In this document: positions 51,336 through 64,000 of the stretch, one piece after another
Numbering within the stretch: position 1 is the stretch's first letter
Layout of the letters: each line of letters begins with the position of its first letter
NCBI RefSeq assembly: GCF_001194135.2
Contig: NC_068987.1
Span: 24,393,587 to 24,457,586, forward strand
Origin: Octopus bimaculoides
Taxonomy: Eukaryota
Length of the DNA stretch: 64,000 nt
Direction of reading: 5' to 3'
Program-made: the position numbers and the translations under genes
The notes under the pieces: generated by a model
Told to the model about the DNA's origin: nothing
The model's input: only the letters and a program-made list of their open reading frames with translations
Databases searched by the model: none

Positions 51336-52865
51336 TTAGAATAATTTTTCTGTTATGTGAATATGCTTATGCCTAAATAGAGTACCACTTTGCGAGAATG
51401 TTTTACCACATATATCACAGTGGAATGGTTTCTCTCCTGTATGAATACGTTTGTGTCGAGATAAATCACCAATCCCAGAAAATGCTTTCCCACAAATTTC
51501 ACAATGGTATGGCTTTTCTCCCGTATGGATACGCTTGTGAGAAGATAAATTGCTTTTGCTGGCAAATGTTTTACCACAGATTTCACAGTGATATGGTTTT
51601 CCTCTTGTGTGAAATACTTTATGAGCAGATAAACTATTGCTTTGAGAGAATGTTTCATCACAGATATCACAGTGAAATGGCTTTTTTCTTGTGTGAATAT
51701 ATTTATGAGAAGATAAACTACTACTTTGAGAGAATGCTTTGCCACAGATATCGCAATGAAATGGTTTCTCTCCTGTGTGAATACGCATGTGCTGAGATAC
51801 ATAACTACTTGTTGAGAATTTTTTTCCACAGACATCACAGCAGTATGGTTTCTCTCCTGTGTGAATGCGTTTGTGGGTCAATAAATGACCATTTTCAGTG
51901 AATGATTTGCCACAGACATCACAATGGTATGGTTTTTCTCCTGTGTGAATACGTTTGTGCTGAAATAAATGACCACTTTGTGAGAATGTTTTATCACAGA
52001 TATCACAGTGGTGCGGTTTCTCTCCTGTGTGAAAATGCTTATGAGAAGACAAATGACCACTTTGTGAAAATTTCTTACCACATATATCACAATGGAATGG
52101 TTTCTCCCCTGTGTGTATACGTCTATGTCGAGATAACTGACCACTTGCAGAGAATGTTTTATGACAGATATCACAGAGATATGGTTTCTCTCCTGTGTGG
52201 ATTCGTTTGTGGGCAGATAAATTACCTGGACTAGAAAATGTTTTACCACACGTATCACAACTATTTTTTTCATTTGTGTGAATATGTTTATGGGAAGAAA
52301 GGTTACTATTCTGAGAGAAAGTCTTACCACAGATATCACAGCGATATGGTTTTTCTCCTGTGTGAACACGTCTATGTTCAGATAACTGGCCACTTTGAGA
52401 GAATGCTTTGTCACAGAAATTACAGCGATATGGTTTCTCTCCTGTGTGAATACGTTTGTGTCGGCACAAATGAGAACTTCTAGAAAATGTTTCACCACAG
52501 ATATCACATCGATAAGGTTTCTCACCTGTGTGAATACGTTTGTGTTCAGACAAATGACCTTTCTGAGAGAATGTTTTACCACAGGTATCACAGTGATATG
52601 GTCTTTCCCCTGTATGAATACGTATGTGTTGAGAGAGCAAGCTACTTGTAGAGAACCATTTACTGCAAACCTCACAGTGATACTGCTTTGACATTGAATG
52701 AATTAACTTATGTTGAATTAAATTTTTTCTGGCAATGAATACTTTGCCACATACATCACAAGGGTAGGATTTCTTCCTAGTAATTTTCTGTGTCTCAATT
52801 GCTAATTCAGTATTCTCAGTTTGTGACCCACTGTCCACCTGCTTTCCATTCAATTTCACTTCCAT
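51336..52865 (-). CDS. C2H2 zinc-finger protein ZNF-5 (509 aa, 17 fingers)
   Basis: Intact ORF. Related leader and fingers 1-2, but lacks the atypical finger 3. Confidence 0.93.
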   Translation of the reverse strand: MEVKLNGKQVDSGSQTENTELAIETQKITRKKSYPCDVCGKVFIARKNLIQHKLIHSMSKQYHCEVCSKWFSTSSLLSQHIRIHTGERPYHCDTCGKTFSQKGHLSEHKRIHTGEKPYRCDICGETFSRSSHLCRHKRIHTGEKPYRCNFCDKAFSQSGQLSEHRRVHTGEKPYRCDICGKTFSQNSNLSSHKHIHTNEKNSCDTCGKTFSSPGNLSAHKRIHTGEKPYLCDICHKTFSASGQLSRHRRIHTGEKPFHCDICGKKFSQSGHLSSHKHFHTGEKPHHCDICDKTFSQSGHLFQHKRIHTGEKPYHCDVCGKSFTENGHLLTHKRIHTGEKPYCCDVCGKKFSTSSYVSQHMRIHTGEKPFHCDICGKAFSQSSSLSSHKYIHTRKKPFHCDICDETFSQSNSLSAHKVFHTRGKPYHCEICGKTFASKSNLSSHKRIHTGEKPYHCEICGKAFSGIGDLSRHKRIHTGEKPFHCDICGKTFSQSGTLFRHKHIHITEKLF

Positions 52866-54689
52866 AATTTTATTTTAATCTTTTCAATTCTATCTTTTTT
52901 TCTTGATAATTTATAAGATGAAAAAAGACTTTCAAATATATTTATTAGAATAGAATCTTGTTAGTAATAACCAGCAACTAAAAGACTCTTAAATTTGCTC
53001 CAATTATCCAGATATTAGTCTATACATCATCATCATCAGCGTTTAACGTCCATCTTCCATACATACATGTAAGTTAAGGCTTCACAGCAAATCTTCAAGT
53101 TTAATCTGTACAGAAAATCTTCCAGTAAATATGTTTCAAAATGTTTATACAAAATCTTAATTTCAAGGAAATATTCTATATCCATTCAACCTAAAGTTAT
53201 TTTTAATCTTCAAAAGTTGATAAATGTCATCAGATAATCTGAAATAAAAAGGCAACATAAGGGACAGTGAAGTGTTAACATGAATATTATTGGAGAGGAA
53301 ATATTTCACTATAAATAAGAACGGCAAGTGATGGCAAACTTGGTAGTGATGGAAGCTCTATAGTGCAAAAAAAAATCAAATAGCATTTCAAACCTATGTA
53401 AGTATATGTGTGTGTATATAAAAGGGAGTCATGTGAATGTGTGTGCAATGGAAGTGGGATGGTGAACATTCAAGGCTGAAAAGAAAAATCAAACAGCATA
53501 TTTCAACACTGTGTGAGTATATGTGTGCATGTACAATCGAAGTTATGTGAATGTTTGCATGTGTGATAATTATGTATCTACAGTTAGCCATCGTTTTTGA
53601 CAGCACGGGGTCAGTTAGTATATATATATATGTGTGTAACAATTAGAAAATGGAGGATAATATGCTGAACCCAACTACTTGCAGACGGTGTATACAGTTG
53701 AATTCATTAATTTAATTCATAGCAAAAGTGACAAAAAGGAAGAAAAGAAAAAGAAAGAAAGAACCAAAGCACAGGTGTCCATGGCAGACTATGTTATTTT
53801 GCCAACATGGTTTACATANNNNNNNNNNNNNNNNNNNNNNNNNNNNNNNNNNNNNNNNNNNNNNNNNNNNNNNNNNNNNNNNNNNNNNNNNNNNNNNNNN
53901 NNNNNNNNNNNNNNNNNNNNNNNNNNNNNNNNNNNNNNNNNNNNNNNNNNNNNNNNNNNNNNNNNNNNNNNNNNNNNNNNNNNNNNNNNNNNNNNNNNNN
54001 NNNNNNNNNNNNNNNNNNNNNNNNNNNNNNNNNNNNNNNNNNNNNNNNNNNNNNNNNNNNNNNNNNNNNNNNNNNNNNNNNNNNNNNNNNNNNNNNNNNN
54101 NNNNNNNNNNNNNNNNNNNNNNNNNNNNNNNNNNNNNNNNNNNNNNNNNNNNNNNNNNNNNNNNNNNNNNNNNNNNNNNNNNNNNNNNNNNNNNNNNNNN
54201 NNNNNNNNNNNNNNNNNNNNNNNNNNNNNNNNNNNNNNNNNNNNNNNNNNNNNNNNNNNNNNNNNNNNNNNNNNNNNNNNNNNNNNNNNNNNNNNNNNNN
54301 NNNNNNNNNNNNNNNNNNNNNNNNNNNNNNNNNNNNNNNNNNNNNNNNNNNNNNNNNNNNNNNNNNNNNNNNNNNNNNNNNNNNNNNNNNNNNNNNNNNN
54401 NNNNNNNNNNNNNNNNNNNNNNNNNNNNNNNNNNNNNNNNNNNNNNNNNGCCAAGAAACAAAAGAAAAATAGTGTAATAGATGTAAAACAACTTGCTGTG
54501 AACGAATATGAAAAAAAACAAATGTGCTCCCATGAAAGGCGGGGTGAGGAGAGGACTCCGAGGCCTCTCCCCACCCACCCCGTTCGCGAGCGCGCGTTTT
54601 TTTCTTCATATTCGTTCCCAGCAAATTGTTTTACACCTATTAGAATAATTCATTTTTTTATTTCCCACCGGGTCAAACCCTTTAGTTTG

Positions 54690-55095
54690 ACCAAAATTTT
54701 CTCCAAGGTGGGGAGAGGAGTTTCGGAAAATTCACACGAGTCGGCTTTGTTTCCTGATAATTTTCAGATAAATGAATATTGTTTATGAAATTTTCTACAA
54801 ATACCCTTCAAATTGTATAGATTTCGATTATATTGGAATCTGATACGGAAAAAGAATTGGTGGGCACGCACATAAATACAATGGAAACTTGAAATTTCTA
54901 ACAAAAAATTGTGATGTATGTGTACGTGCCTAATATTTCATTTTTCACGCTAAATTCCGATGTAATAGTAATCTACACCACCCGAAAAGTATTTGTAGAA
55001 AATTTTATTATAAAAAAGCCCATTTTTCTGAAAGTTATGGGGAAACAAAGCCGACTCGGGTGAACTTTTGCGAAACTTCTCTCCCAACCACTGAA
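54690..55095. mobile_element. Foldback MITE in putative ZNF-5 intron 1
   Basis: cacgagtcggctttgtttcc..ttttctacaaatac mirrored by gtatttgtagaaaa..ggaaacaaagccgactcgggtg. Related fragment at 44560-44880. Confidence 0.75.
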
Positions 55096-55228
55096 AAAAA
55101 GAAATCTTTTCACAACATATTCTGCTATAAGAGTAATTTACACCATCTGAAGATTATTTGTAGAAAACCTCATTGAAAAATATCTATTCTTCTGGAAGTT
55201 AGGAGGAAACAAATTCGCGGGGATGGGC

Positions 55229-55826
55229 GATAGTTGTATAGGTATGTTATAAGACGAAATAATAAAAGACGTACTGAAATTGATGAAGATATTGATAGAT
55301 AGAGCAGAACTTTTAGGCGAAGGAGGTAAAGGACAATTACTTCTTACAGAGTATCTCTAACACGTTAACCGTCACGGTCTTATACTGCAATTTACCGGTG
55401 ACGCCACGTATTTCGCGTGTTATTGCTCTCAATGTTTAAGGTATTCTTTCGTTTTGAAGTGTAAATTTTTTAGCATTTTTACAACAGTTCGTAATTAAAC
55501 TTTAATACTTAACACTCATGTTTTTTTTTAAATATCCTCGAAACTATGTCAAAAATACAGAATAAAATGTTTTCTCAAATTATGAAAAATGTACCACCGG
55601 TGGTTCATATGGTAATCGTGTGAAGTTTGCGATGAACCGTCGGTGGTACATGTGGCTGTTAACGTGTTAATGAACAATCTCTGAAGTTAATTACACGAGA
55701 TAATTAGTTATTTATAACACACAATGTAAATACATGTAAAGTAAGAAAAAATATACTTACAAAGTTTATAGTAGAGTGAGGTTGATATACTGGTGTGGGA
55801 AGAATTCACCTCTCATCATTAGAGAG
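55229..55826 (-). promoter_or_regulatory. ZNF-5 5' cassette, disrupted
   Basis: CTCTCTAATGATGAGAG|GTGAAT retained; ETS site absent; 306-bp insertion; ancestral donor appears degenerate. Confidence 0.55.
55361..55666. mobile_element. piggyBac-like MITE
   Basis: CTAA|CACGTTAACCG ... CTGTTAACGTG|TTAA, with internal inverted repeat tgtaccaccggtggttcat / atgaaccgtcggtggtaca. Absent from the paralogous cassettes. Confidence 0.75.
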
Positions 55827-55854
55827 TTCTATACAGGAATAATGCCACGCGCGA

Positions 55855-56261
55855 TTATTTCTTTACTCTTTTACTTGTTTCAGTCTTTTGACTGCGGCCA
55901 TGCTGGAGCACCGCCATTAGTCGAGCAAATCGACCCCAGGGCTTATTCTTTTGGAAGCCTAGTACTTATTCTATCGGTCTCTTGCCGAACCGCTAAGTTA
56001 CGGGGACGTAAACTCACCAGCATCGGTTGTCAAGCGATGTTGGGGGACAAACACAGACATAAACATACACACATACATACATAGATATACATATATACGA
56101 CGGGCTTCTTTCAGTTTCCGTCTTCCAAATCCACTCACAAGGCTTTGGTCGGCCCGAGACTATAGTAGAAGACACTTGCCCAAGGTGCCACGCAGTGGGA
56201 ATGAATCCGGGACCATGTGGCTGGTAAGCAAGCTACTTACCACACAGCCACTCCTGCGCCT
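55855..56261 (-). mobile_element. Young SINE type B
   Basis: Minus-strand head GGCGCAGGAGTGGCTGTGTGGTAAG..CCCGGATTCATTCCC (A/B-box-like), CORE-like ggcaccttgggcaagtg; CpGs retained. Confidence 0.88.
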
Positions 56262-56699
56262 ATTTGTGTAAATATTTTTTACTAAAAATTCATTCATTCT
56301 AACAGTAGCACACCAAATGCAATTTCTTGTCGGTATAATTTGCCGAATCCTTTTTTAAAATTCTTTTTTATTCAACTCTACATCCACTTACCTGTATTAT
56401 ATACGAGATCATCATTATTAGATGTGTCAGTGACAGGTATTTATAACAGTCCAAACAGTGAACAGAAAGTAACGGTGGTAAAAAAAAAAAGACACATCGG
56501 AATTTTGGTTTTGAAACAAAAATTACAGGATAAAAAGTATTCCGTTTATTTAAACACCGGCGAGCTTTCGTATTATGTACATATAGTAGCGGACAACAAA
56601 GTGAAAAAAATACACGCGCAAAAACTTTATACGATAAACTTATTTTCCTTTCACAGATTCCAACCAACGAACACAGAAAAATTATAGTTTCACGCTCTG

Positions 56700-57195
56700 T
56701 TAATTTTGATCCTTTCACCCGCAAGACTTTCACTAAAAAAAAAAAAAAAAAAAAACCTCGGATTTTTTGCGTGGAATCAAATACTCTGACATCCTAATAT
56801 GTTGCAAACTCCTTATTTTTCGAGAAAAAAAAAAGGGTACCGACCCTCCCCTATCCCTACTTGATTCCATACAAAAAATCCGAGTTTTTTTTGTCTTAGT
56901 GAAAATCCTGTGGGTGAAACAATTAATGGGGTGGGGATGAAATTTCCAAGGTTTCCACCTCATCCCACCCCATTTTCCGGACCCCAAAAAGGGTTTTGTA
57001 GCAGAATTCATTCAACGAAAGAAAATTTCCAATGATTCCAGGATATGGGGTGGGGTCTGGTCCTCACCTTTTTTTTTCCGAACAAAAATAAGGAGTTTGC
57101 AGCATATTAGGAGGTCAGAGTACTTGATTCTACACAAAAAAATCCGAGTTTTGTTTCTTAGTGAAAATCGTGCGGGTGAAGGAATCAAATGATAC
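56700..57195. mobile_element. Foldback MITE
   Basis: ttcacccgcaagactttcactaa..ctcggatttttt..tgttgcaaactccttatt mirrored by aataaggagtttgcagca..aaaaaatccgag..ttagtgaaaatcgtgcgggtgaa. Confidence 0.78.
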
Positions 57196-58027
57196 CCTTC
57201 GCTTAAATGCCATAACAGTAATTAAACAATGTCGTTATCTATACATTTTGTGTACAATGACAACCGTTATACAGTGAATTGATTGGCCACTTTCTTTTTC
57301 CTATTTCCTTCCTCTGATATTTAACATAGCGGTAGAACAGAAAAGACTACCAGCTGCCAATGCTCCTTATGCAATTGAAATCATTTCATGTAGCCGGGTA
57401 GTTTGTCAGGGATCTCTCAGTGACTCTGAGTTTTTCAGACCCAATACAGAGATGAAATTAACAAATGAAGGGACGGCAACTGCTACTAGCCTCAGAAGCC
57501 ACCTTGTGAAATAATGCAATGACTATGATATATACAGGAATGCATTACCCCAGTTTGTGTGTCTACTGTACATTCATTGTCACAGGACGTGATGAAAGAA
57601 TTGATGACTTTTGTGTCCCAAATAAATAGTCCGTAACAAAACCCCATGCATTGAAAAAATTAAAACAATTTGTTTAAAATTTCCAATAATTTTCTATTTT
57701 ACTTTAAGAGTAGATCTCTTGTTTTGTTGAATCTATGTGTGTAAGAGAGAGATATCAGTTTTTATCCATCTTTATTGTTGCTGCCTATAATTTCTGCCTT
57801 CTATTTCATCAGTTGGGACGTCATCCTCCATACAGTAAGAGAAAATGCCCCACATCTTTCCATGACAATTCACTTCGGGTATCTTTGTGACAGTTGCTAA
57901 AATGGAAAAAGAAAGCTAATGGGTTGTGTGTGCATGCTTGTTCTTGTTCTTGTTCTTTAGCAACGGTGTAACTCCTGCATCGCTAGAAATGTTGATCCTT
58001 TCTATACACACATTTACTCCAACATCA

Positions 58028-58160
58028 TGAACAAATCACAGCAGTGGGCAGGACACCGTGGTTCCGAAAGAATTCAATAGCTTTTCTGTCATCCCCCAAA
58101 AATTCACGGATGCAAGTATATTTAAATATGCAGCCTGCACAAGACATTACTTCATAGTGA
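58028..58160 (-). mobile_element. Possible Merlin transposase N-terminal fragment
   Basis: KAIEFFRNHGVLPTAVIC resembles Merlin N-termini; short match only. Confidence 0.4.
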
Positions 58161-58961
58161 CAGCTCTGCAAATGCTGCTTTCTTATTTTTATGATTCTCA
58201 TCTCTCTCTCTCTCGCACACACACATAGTATTGTGGAAGAGAAAACAAATTTGTTTTTCTTAAACACACAAGATATAGTCTGCAAATTAAGGATGTTTTT
58301 AAAAGATGCAATAATTTATCATGAGAATATATATATTTTCTCACACAACAATTAAGATATATTTTAAATCGCTTCTTTGTAGAGAGAAAACTTTTATTCT
58401 CTCTATCTCTCCCCATACACACAAAAATGAAACCCAATTAGAGTTTCAGCAGGAAATATGCAAAGCAAAAGTGATTTTTTATTCTAAAACACTGCCACAC
58501 AGCCTGAAATGTATAGTCGAACAAATATTTATATTGATAAAATTTAGAAAAAAGTTTGTATTTTGTTGGGATTAATCCAATGATTTGACAGCAAGGTATG
58601 GGAATTAACTTGGTTTCTGTGTTGTCAGCAAATCCAACTATCCTGCAGCAACCCTGTTGCACAAATGCTACATATAAGCACTAAATATATTCTATCACTA
58701 AAGAAAGCTAAAGATTTAAAGTTGATATAGAGATGGAAGAACTGCCATGAATAAACATATAACAGAGATGTATAAGCAAAAATATATAAGATACAGATAA
58801 AAAGACAAGGTAGTCACAGGGAGTATATTTGATCATGTTTGTTGTATTCAGGTAGACCAAGGGCTAAACAAGAATGGAATCAATCTATCTACTCAGCATC
58901 TATAGAATACAGATGCCCAATTAACATAAAGTGTATACAATGAACATCCACAGGCTCTATA

Positions 58962-59600
58962 CAGGGCTAAATTTGACAGTTTGCATAAAAAGGAAAGACA
59001 ACATCCCATCTAAAAATATCAACTACATTATGGCTGGGAGATAACAGTTTACTCAAAGTAGCTGCTTTTAGTTTCACCATGGCTTCAAGACAGCTCTGGA
59101 ACCTGATATATGCATTACTCACTGTATCCCTGGGAAGATCTCCAAACACCTCATTGATCTTGGTCTTACAAGCAGGGCATATGGTGTCTTTCTCAGTGGT
59201 ACATCACATGTAGTAAACCATGGGATTACAATTCAGAGAATTAGGAGGCCAGAAATTGGGGCTGGTGAAGTTTTGGAAATTCTCTTCCGACTCTTTCTGG
59301 AGATATGACAAGGAGCTGAATACTGCTGCCACACGTATGGCCTTCCAGCAGCAACTGTCTCCAGCCAGGGTTTGATCACAGTCTCAAGCAGCTTCATATA
59401 GCCCTCTGAATTGAGGTTAAGGCTCTTTTCCAAGATGTGGAGTGACATGACATCACCCTCATTGGAGACACCCAAAAACCATCACAGTTTGGGGAAACTT
59501 GGTTTCCATGATGTCCATGCCGTATTTTACAACATTTACAGTGTTCAGAGCAGTCATGATGTTGGCATGAATCATCATTATACAGGTAACACTTTTCCAA
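58962..59600 (-). mobile_element. Second Tc1/mariner (maT-like) transposase fragment
   Basis: GVSNEGDVM..YMKLLETVIKPW..YVWQQYSAPCH..RFQSCLEAMV; TA|CAGGG end at 58962. Confidence 0.82.
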
Positions 59601-59792
59601 TATTCAAATGGCTTCCATTCCTCCATGTCAGTAAAATTCTAAACTACAACTTTAATCTTTTATGTTCTCAATGCCAGTGACTGTTCATTAATACATTAAG
59701 TTGTTCTTGCAAAAAGAAGGCATAAACAATTGTCAAAATTAGCCCAAATAGTGTATGTCCTGCCAACATATATGCCCAGTCAACAGCTAGAC

Positions 59793-59843
<51 letters not shown>

Positions 59844-60079
59844 GGAGGTGAAAGATTTGAGGTTGATGAGAAGGTGAAAGAAGTGCCACAAATAAACATA
59901 TTACAGAGAGATTTATAAACAAAAAGATGAGGTAGTCAGAGAATGTACTAGACCATAAATCTGCTGTATTAAGGTAGTCCAGGGAATAAACAAGAACAAA
60001 CTTAATCTATCCAGCCAGCATCTATAGCATAAACACACTCTATTAACATCAAGTGTATATAATGAACATCTACAATTAA

Positions 60080-60780
60080 TGTCTGTTGTTCATGCTGTGA
60101 AGTTGCACCAGACTCCAGTCTGATTTGCCATGGCTTCTATGGCTGGATGCCCTTCCAAATGCCAACCACTTTATGGAGTGTGCTGGGTGCTTTTATGGGA
60201 CACTGCACAGGCACTTTTACATGGCACCACATGGGTGCTTTTACGTGGCACTGCCATGAGTTCTTTTCATCACCAGTCTTAACACTTCTGGAGTAAGGTC
60301 TTCTTGAGTACAAGATTCAGTGTCCTGAGGTTGTTCTTCAGTACTTTATCCCATGTCTTCCTGGGTTTCCCACATCAAAGTGTTCTATCTACTTTAAGAG
60401 ATCAGCACTTCTTTATGGAGCTGTTGTCATTCATCTGCATCACATGACCAAACCAGTGCAGTCTTTTCTCTTGCACACAGCAACTAATCCCTTTTATGCC
60501 TAACTTCTCTCTCAAAACACTAGCACTGTCAAACATATATACTTACATTACACATCTAGCAGAGCATACTAGCCCCATTCTTTTTTAACCTTAACATGTC
60601 CTTTGCATCCAGGACCCACATCCCGCTACCATGTAGAATTGTTGTCTGTATACATGCAGCATCATACAATCTTCCTTTCACTCGGAGAGAGAAACCTTTA
60701 TACACACACACACACATATGTTTATAAAGGTTTCTCTCTCCGAGTAAAAAGAAGATTGTATGATGCTGCATATATATATG
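60080..60780 (-). mobile_element. Decayed RTE LINE 3' portion with local internal duplication
   Basis: GFSLRVKGRLYDA..ILHGS; the segment agcatcatacaatcttcctttcactcggagaga appears in direct and inverted form around 60660-60770. Confidence 0.78.
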
Positions 60781-61004
60781 GTTAAAAAAAAAAAGGACAG
60801 AGACAAGTGAGGGAACAATAAACAAGGTGTATTAGTTTGATGTTCATGAAAAATGGAAGAGTCTTTAACGTTTTGAGCCTACATTCTTCTGTGGAAAGGA
60901 ACAGAAGGAGAAAACAGACGGAGAGAGGAAAAAGAAATGGAGAAAAAATTTGACAGGATTAATGGTTGCATATGCTAAATTTGAATATATCTTGCCAATA
61001 TATG

Positions 61005-61180
61005 TCCAGTCAAATTCTACAGACTATATATGTATATATATATCCATCCAGTCAACATCTACAAACTGTATATGTCCATTCAACATCTAAAGACTATATA
61101 TATCCTGTCAATATCTACAGACTATATATCCTGTTGACATCTACAAACTGTATATATCCAGTCAATATCTACAGATCTGT
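61005..61180. repeat. ~28-bp minisatellite (~6 units)
   Basis: Consensus TCCAGTCAACATCTACARACTRTATATA. Confidence 0.8.
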
Positions 61181-62404
61181 AGATGTTTGGTCAACATCTA
61201 ACATATCTATTTATGCAGACTGTGTATTAGAAATGTGTCGGCTGGTCAGGAAATTTCAGTTCCAATTTTACTTTTTGTTGATCTAAATTTAAAGTCAAAT
61301 ACATTTCATTAATATAAGCTATCCCAACATTATTTTTAAATGATTTGTTCAAATGCTTCAGCTGTTTTGTTGTCAGGCTCCAGAACATAGTGAAAAATAC
61401 TGGATATAGGTGAGAGCTATAGAATAGATTTTGTATTGTAAAATTAGTAAAAGCTATTCTTTAACCATGATATTTTTTTAGGAGCATGTGTGCATGATAT
61501 CATTTATGTATGCAACTGTTGGTATATTTTGTGGGATTGTAAGGAAGGTTATGTAGATGTAACTGAGTAAATGGCTGGATCTATGTGGTGCTTCCAGAAA
61601 ATTTTAAGTTCTAAAAGTGATATGATCAGACAAGTTGTTTACTGCTCAGCATTTTATGTTGTTTTTTAAGGTGGTATTGTGTATTTTCGCAGATAGCAGA
61701 AAATTAAGTCAAAAGCTTTGATGAAATTTGTGGCAATTAGAATGGGTTTCATTGTTGGCTTCATTGTTGTGGTGGACATAAATTTTCTGTATTAGATTTA
61801 TGTGTAGTGGTCTGAATCTGAATTGTGAATTGGAGGAGTTGTGTGGATTAGCTTTTCTGAGATAAGGATTAGCTTTTCTGAGATTTTTATAAATGTATAT
61901 GCATCTACTAACAGCACTTGAAGACCAACAAAGTGTTAAACTTGATATTGTCAGCAATAGAAATAAGAACAGTTAAAAAGCTTCCACATAAAATCAGTCT
62001 ATGGAATTTCATATAATTGGGAAGTATAGTTCTTAATCACACAGCCACATTGCAGTGCTATATATCATCATCAATGATCACTTTTCCATGCTTGCATGGG
62101 TCAGATAGAATTTGTTGAAGCAGAATTTCTAAAGCTTGATGCCCTCCTGCTGCCATCTCTTGCCTGTTTCCAAGCAAAATATTTCCTCATTGCCATTTTC
62201 ATGGAGGATTGGTAATGAACAACATTGCTTGTTTGTTGGTGCTGTTACAAACACACACAGGTCTCTTTCAGTTTCCATCTATCAAATCCATACACAAGGC
62301 TTTTGTTGGCCTGAGGCTATAGTAAAAGACACTTGCATAAAGTATCATGTAGTGGAATGAACCTAAGACTGTATGGTTGGGAAGTAAGCTTTCCAACCAC
62401 ACAG

Positions 62405-62439
<35 letters not shown>

Positions 62440-62539
62440 AATTAAGATGGTGTGGTATGGTTTGAAATAGAAATGACTGCTATTTCCATCAGATCGTGTG
62501 ATCCACGAGTAAGTTTGACAGTAGTCCAGTTATGATTGA

Positions 62540-64000
<1,461 letters not shown>

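Noticed and set aside
1974-54788. Long ORFs consisting mainly of X
   Set aside because: Artefacts of N gaps.
58820-60070. Diverged ~150-bp direct repeats flanking the maT fragment
   Set aside because: Too divergent for a TSD or LTR pair; likely two old copies of a dispersed repeat.
10838-62436. Numerous (TA)n, (CA)n and (GA)n runs
   Set aside because: Ordinary microsatellites.

Overview
AT-rich animal genomic DNA with six N-gaps, most likely an octopus scaffold (inferred from the repeat families and gene content, not verified). It holds a cluster of six single-coding-exon C2H2 zinc-finger genes, called ZNF-1 to ZNF-6 here, oriented +,-,+,-,-,-; ZNF-6 is cut by the window end. No KRAB-, SCAN- or ZAD-like domain is visible. 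The rest is dense transposon debris: RTE LINEs, at least three tRNA-derived SINE types, Penelope, Gypsy, Tc1/mariner, pogo/Tigger, Merlin, Chapaev3-like and many foldback MITEs. The most notable signal is that the ZNF genes duplicated as whole cassettes. They share (i) a 5' non-coding module with a CTCTYTAGTGATTAGAG|GT motif, an ETS-like CGGAAGT site and a GTAAGTATCA donor; (ii) a terminal-exon acceptor with a 300-400 nt leader; (iii) an acidic leader peptide plus conserved non-canonical fingers, set against variable DNA-contact helices; and (iv) 3'UTRs built from decayed fingers that end in a shared poly(A) signal. ZNF-5 appears to have had this 5' module rewired by insertions. Gene structures are inferred from paralog comparison by eye; no expression data or database searches were used.
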